Positions 58,291 to 64,000 of a DNA stretch of 64,000 bases are shown here, piece after piece. Numbering within the stretch: the stretch's first letter is position 1; each line of letters begins with the position of its first letter. This stretch comes from the human T2T-CHM13v2.0 reference genome, Homo sapiens. The DNA lies in assembly GCF_009914755.1 (NCBI RefSeq), contig NC_060942.1; one strand, 5' to 3'. The translations under genes and the position numbers were made by a program. The notes beneath the pieces are model-generated. The model ran no database searches and was not told the DNA's origin. It saw only the letters and a list, made by a program, of their open reading frames with translations.

Positions 58291-61200
58291 ATGCTGCTGG
58301 ATTGTAGCAATCAGGACCATGGGGCTCAGGACAGTGGGTGATATTTCCAGATCTGCATTCTAGTTGGGTGTGCTCTAGTCTTTAGGAGGACCTGGGACTT
58401 GAATGATGCCAATTGCTAGTCCCCATTTAATGCATGAGGCTTTCCTATGGCTCAGCATTTACTGACTACATATGTGTGTGCTTGTTGTCATCTGCGTTCT
58501 GAACAAATGAAGATCCACAAAGGAAGGCTTTCTGTTTTCTTCGCTTCTATTCCGCCAGCACCTGGCACAGTGCCCAGCTGCCCGTGAGCTCTCTCACAGT
58601 GTTTGTTGAAGGAATGAAGGGCATCAGTACCTACTGTTGATTGTTCAACTTCCCCAGTGAAGTGTTTTGTATTCTAAACATCTAAAGAAGAAACTAATTT
58701 TGGAGCTACACTTTAAACTGATGCTTTTGAAGTTTCTTATTGACAGAGCCCTAGGTTCCAAGCTCATTTTTGGCAGAAAGGACACAAAGAGAAAAGCATG
58801 AAGACAAAAAGCCCCACTCCTGATTTGACTGACATTCCCTGCTAAAAATGCTAACCAGCCAGCTGAGTAACTTGAGTCCTTGGTACAGTTCCTAAATGGG
58901 TTTGAAAAGGAGCAGACTGACCCTTGTAAATGAGTTTAACTTGCTTTTTCACATGGATAGAAACTGTCAGTTTTCTGTCATCTATGCTGCCTTGAGTAGC
59001 TCTTCATCTTCTGTGTCGGGCAGCTCCATTGTTTTTTTGCCCCTGATTTCATACAACTTCAGGAAAGACTTCTCCCTTTCCTTAGAAACACACCACAGTG
59101 ATGGAACCAAACCCAGGTCCTTCTTCCTCACTTTACCTTTAGCTCATTGCCAAGGTCCTTGTCTTCTCTTTAAAAACCCTTTAATTTTTTTTGAGAAATG
59201 GAAAGGCCGAGCCTGCTTTCCAACTGCTTTTGTCTATTTGCCCAGGGCATAACTACTCTCAGGGTTCTTGGGAAAGGTTATCTGGTTGAAAAGGGCAATA
59301 ACATATTCGGATTGTTGGGAAACCACATGGGAACACCTCTATGAAGGCAAGGCATCTTCTGAAGCAGATCACCATTCCAGGGGCAGGAGTGGATATTAGG
59401 TAGGGTCCTTTGTACCCTCAGCTCTCCGTCCTTCTCTTGTTCCAGCCCAGCATGTAGCAGTGTGACTGACAGCTTCCTCTCCCCCACGCTCAGACCTGAC
59501 CCTGAAGAAGGTGCCAGAAGCCCAAGCCTGAAAACATTAGCTTCTGGTGCCAGAATCAAAGGTCAAGGCACATAGCTTTCTCGCTGTCCAGCTCCCAGTT
59601 TTGCTAAGGTGCCCGCTTGGAAGGCACAAAGTACACCAGTGGCATTGCAAAGAGCAAAGGTATATTTCCTCATTCTCTCATCCCCTCTCCCACTCTTTAA
59701 AAAAATACTATTATCTGATTATGAACAAAGAACCTTCTCTTTAATGCATCCTACAAATCTCAAAACTAAAGAGATCGCACAATTTTAGATAAGAAAAAAA
59801 AATTGATGTTTTCAAGCACAAGGGCTAATAATTACAGTAATTTTCTATTCCTTGGATCTCTGATTGCCAATATCTTCAGATGGCTTCAAATATCATTTTA
59901 TAGCTTTAGATAGAGCTTCACTGATGCTTTTGAACATTCTAGTAAGTATTGACAATTTATCTTTGAATGGATGACAGTGTTATAGTTTTATTTAAATGGG
60001 AGAAAACAAGAGTCATTTTACACTGGCTTTATAGAAAGAGATGAATATTCCAGGCAAACAGTTATGGGGAAATGTGCACAGGAGGGATGATTGTACCCAC
60101 TGAGGAATAAAGTGCAAATAGCACCATTCCCTCAGAAGGACTCCCACATAAAGGTACAAAAGCAATTATACAATGCAGGTATTTATCCTCTTTATAAACT
60201 TAGCGGAAAATAAGAGAAGGCATCACTGTTTAGGAAAGTAATAGAGAAAAGAAAAGCAAACTCCAAATGCTATATGCTGCCTTCAGTCTCTTCAAGAACT
60301 TTGCTGTGACCTCCTGTAGAGATTGAGGGCAAGTATAGGTTGACAATTCTGAAGCGGACTCCTTTGGTTGACCTTATCCCATTCACCAGCCAATCAAGCT
60401 CCTCAGTGCTTTCCCCTCAAGTTTCTCTGGTTGGTTGATCTGGTTAATAAACTCTCACTTTCTATATTTTCACTAGTAGAAGTGCAACTCTAAAGCTGTA
60501 TAAATGCACTGCAATTATTTTGTGATGAGTTGCTCCTTGACCTTGGCAGTGACCTTTCCAGATAATATTTTTAAGTGACAGTGACAAATTTGAAGCTTAT
60601 GCCATTTTCTTTGCTATTGTAAATTATTTTGGGGATCAAGATTGCTAACATTCCTGTGTATTAGTCTCGATTTCTTTTTTTTTTTTTTGCTACCTCTTCC
60701 ATTTATATTTCAAGTCCTTGAATCCAAAAAACTTTCCTCTCATCCTACTAATGCATAGAGTGTTTTTGTTTTAACCCCTGAGTCGTACTTTCATGGCAGA
60801 ATGGTTTTTCACTTTTAAATTCTAGTAATTTTCCACTTCAGACCTGTGTAGCAATCATGTTTTGACTTTTCTCGTTTTTCTCCCCTTCCCCTCCCGTGAC
60901 AATTCTCTTTCTTCTGTTTAGGTGCATTTGCATGATACCAGCATCCTTATTATTAAGAGTTCATCTGCTCCTGCTGTTTATTCTCCACCTGAAGTTCTAA
61001 TCCTCTGTTTGTGACAACATAATCATTTCCACAGCAACCAATTGTGAAGTTGCAAAGCAAGGATTAGACTTCAGGTGGGGAATAAGCAACAAGGGGCTGA
61101 TGAACTCAGAAGAAATAAAAAGAATGCCATTTATATGCAAATCTGCTGAAAGGTGGCGAAGGGGACTGGGGAGGCACTGGGCAAAAAGGAATGAATAATA

Positions 61201-61877
61201 AAGAAAGAGCATTATTTTAACTAGACTTTAAAAGGCTTTTTTTTTTCTTCTGGAAATTCAGTGGGCCTTTTTCTGCAGCTGCTAGTTGATTGGATCTGTT
61301 TATTTCTTTTTTTTTTATTTATTTATTCATTTTTTCATTCACTTTTGGTTTCAGAGACCAGATTTGCCACACTATGCTGTTAAAAGAGGATTTTTTTTTT
61401 TGGTGTTAATATCCTAGTGAACATACTTTTCTGAGGATAAATGAAAAGAGTACCTGCTTAGTGAATGCTCCTATTTTAAAAGCAATTTTCAAGAAGAATT
61501 TTCTAACCTTTACCTTAAACATGGGGACAGAACATAACAGTGACCACCTCAGCCTTCCTGTTTCAATTTAGGGTAGCAAGACACAAACAGAACCAAGAGA
61601 CTTCATAAGAAGAAATTGTGAGAGAAACCACAATAAATTGACAAGATTCTAGGAATTTCAGAAGTAAAACAAGGGAGGAGAATATCTGGTTGTTAACACC
61701 TCTTCATTCAATTCTAGTCATCTTTTGTTTTGGTTTTTTGAATAATGAGCAAGACTAATTTAGAGTCTTTATTTCCAAGTTTGTTTGAATTCAAAGCTTA
61801 TACCTCATCACTGATTTCTTAAGTTTTGTAGAATGTTGGAGTAACAAGGGAACATGCAAATAATTTAGCCTAGAAGT

Positions 61878-62388
61878 TGTATCAAAGAAAAATTGCCCTG
61901 GACAGAGTTAAGCAGGCAAGGAAGACTTTATTCAAGTCTATTGCAGTAGGGGAGGGAGACTGACCTTAACTCTGCCGAAACAAAAGGCAAGAAGGGTTTT
62001 AAGAGGTGAAGGGAACTTTTGGAAAAGTACTTGAGGACAATAGGGGGTTGGTTGATCAAAAAGATTAGGCTAACTGAACTTGCTAGTTGGTGCTTATTGA
62101 CAACAAATTTAGAGTCTTAGCCCGCCACAGAGACTGGGAGATAGGGAAGCTATCTCCTTCAGTGATTACGTTTCAAAGGGATAACTCCCAGGTCCTTGAG
62201 AAAGATATTTCCAGATTGCAAAACTGCCAAGAGACTTTGAGAATATTTTAAAGAGGCAGAGAAAGAACTTGCAATTCCAAGTTTTCTAAGGTAAATGCTC
62301 TAAGGAAAGGGAAATCAAGGCCTAGAATCAGGAAGAAGCCTTTCTAAAGTTCAGGGAAGCTGAAAGGAACTTTAAGTCTGCCTCATCA
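61878..62388 (-). mobile_element. ERV1 solo LTR, MER67-type
   Basis: Reverse strand reads CTTAAAGTTCCTTTCAGCTT...CTTTAGAAAGGCTTCTTCCTGATTCTAGGCC; AATAAA near the LTR 3' end. Confidence 0.7.
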
Positions 62389-62441
62389 GTTGCTAGATAT
62401 GCTGTAGGAGCTCGGGTCCTTACAAGGATGTGGGTGCTGAG

Positions 62442-62884
62442 TGTTAATGCGCGTCCATGTGAAGAGACCACAAAACAGGCTTTGTGTGAGCCATAAAGCT
62501 TTTTAATCACCTGGGTGCAGGTGGACTGAGTCTGAAAAAGGAGTCAGCAAAGGGAGATAAGGGTGGGGCAGTTTTATAGGATTTGGGTAGGTAATAGAAA
62601 ATTACAGTTAAAGGGGGTTGTTCTCTTGCGGGCAGGGTCAGGGGTCACAAGGTACTCTGTGGGGAGCTCCTGAGACTCATTGTCCAGGAGAAGGAATATC
62701 ACAAGGTCAATTGATCAATTAGGGTGGGGCAGGAACAAATCACAGTGGTGGAATGTCATCAGTTAAGGCAGGAATTGGCTATTTTCACTTCTTCTGTGGT
62801 TCTTCAGTTGCTTCAGGCCATCTGGATGTATACGTGCAGGTCACAGGGGATATGATGGCTTAGCTTGGGCTCAGAAGCCTGACA
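62442..62884 (-). mobile_element. HERV-H solo LTR (LTR7B/LTR7C-like)
   Basis: Reverse strand starts TGTCAGGCTTCTGAGCCCAAGCTAAGCCATCATATCCCCTGTGACCTGCACG; TATA (GTTTTATAGG on +, 62571-62580); ATTAAA; 5-bp TSD CTGAG/CTGGG. Confidence 0.93.
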
Positions 62885-63112
62885 CTGGGGGCCAGGAAGC
62901 ATAGTGCTAGCCAGCCAGTAAGCTTCTTCCAGCATAACAGGTTTCCAATTGTAACTGTTTTGCATACTCAATTTCCTGTAAGCTTTCTTTTAAAAGGAGT
63001 TTTCCTTCCAGAAAAAAAAAAGTTTGGAAACTGCCAGTTAGCTGCTTTTTTTTTTTTTTTTTTTTTTTGCAAGCAAATAAACTAAAGCCGAGAGCAGATT
63101 AAATGAAGACAA

Positions 63113-63753
63113 TGTTGAACTTTACTTGAGCCCTGTGATCATGGAAAACTGAAGGTTAAGAAATCTTAGCCTTTTGTGTTCAAGAACCTACTTCATGCAA
63201 GAAACCACCACTCCCCATGTGATTTAGATAAGACTCAAGATGCCTTCCTTGTTTACCTATGACAAGGCTAGACACAAACCCTCTAGATTCCTTATTTACT
63301 TTATACATGATTGGCTGAACTGTTTTGTTCTTCTGATCCACTGGAGCAAAAGTTTGCTAATTAATTTTTGGCAAATCTTCTTTCTTCCCCCCAGGTTCCT
63401 GAGCTTTCCCCGAGTGGGCATGGGCAGCCCCTCCTGCAGGGCCCATATAAGGAGGAGGCTGACTCTGGGGTAAAACATTCTCTGTTCTACTGTCAGCTTG
63501 ATCCACTTTTCATCTGGTGTATTCTATTTCCTCTCACTGGTTCTTTTTAGCTTTGGTTCCTTCTCCTTATAAAAGAAAAGCTCTTTTCTGCCTAACCTTT
63601 GAGACACATGCAGATCACATGGTTGAGGTGCCCTCCTCATTGCAATAGGTTCCCTCCCACTATTGCAATAGTCCCTTCCCTCTCTCAGTCATCCTGTAAG
63701 ATAAAATCTCTCCTTACTTAAATTTAGATTTGCTTTTTCTTTTTAATATGACA
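63113..63753 (+). mobile_element. ERV1 solo LTR, MER92-type
   Basis: GGTTAAGAAATC...TTAGATAAGACTC...TTGTTTACCTATGACAAGGCTAGACAC; ATTGCAATAG duplicated near the end. Confidence 0.75.
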
Positions 63754-63928
63754 ATGACATGTACACATTCAAACTGACTTGCTATAAGTTTTGAATTTGT
63801 GGCCTCAAATCCAGTTTGGGGTTTCTTCACTCCCACAGTTTTATCTCTCTAAACTGAATGCAGTGTGGTTGTTACAAAGGAAAAGTCAAGCTTGACAAAA
63901 GAGAAAATAGGAAATGTGGTACTAAAGA

Positions 63929-64000
63929 TGTCTTAGGTTAGGTCCCCTCAGAAGCCGACTCTGAGACAAAGATTGATGTGCAACTCATTTATTTGGGAGG
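63929..64000 (-). mobile_element. ERVL LTR16-type LTR 3' end (cut by the window edge)
   Basis: TGTCTTAGGTTAGGTCCCCTCAGAAGCCGACTCTGAGACAAAGATT...TTTATTTGGGAGG. Confidence 0.65.

Overview
AT-rich, gene-poor primate DNA, very probably human because it carries an AluYb7/Yb8-type element. I recognise no host protein-coding exon, tRNA, rRNA or CpG island and cannot name the locus. The recognisable ORFs in the track are LINE-1, Alu or LTR fragments; the rest look like chance ORFs. The window is a layered archive of transposable elements: a full-length, inactivated L1PA4/5-type LINE-1 (13503-19591, minus strand, 14-bp TSD), a 5'-truncated L1PA inserted inside an AluJ (53171-55656), several Alus, ancient L1M/L2/MIR remnants, MaLR/ERVL/ERV1 solo LTRs including a HERV-H LTR7, and DNA transposons (MER75, MADE1/Hsmar1 TIR, MER81, Charlie). 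The strongest observation is that the two L1PA copies, about 39.7 kb apart and in the same orientation, share about 10 non-consensus substitutions at nine sites, suggesting local retrotransposition or ectopic gene conversion. The full-length L1 also keeps an open 156-aa extended antisense ORF0 and the ZNF93-binding 5'UTR segment. Subfamily calls rely on remembered consensus sequences and need RepeatMasker/Dfam confirmation. I found no convincing new biological system beyond these.
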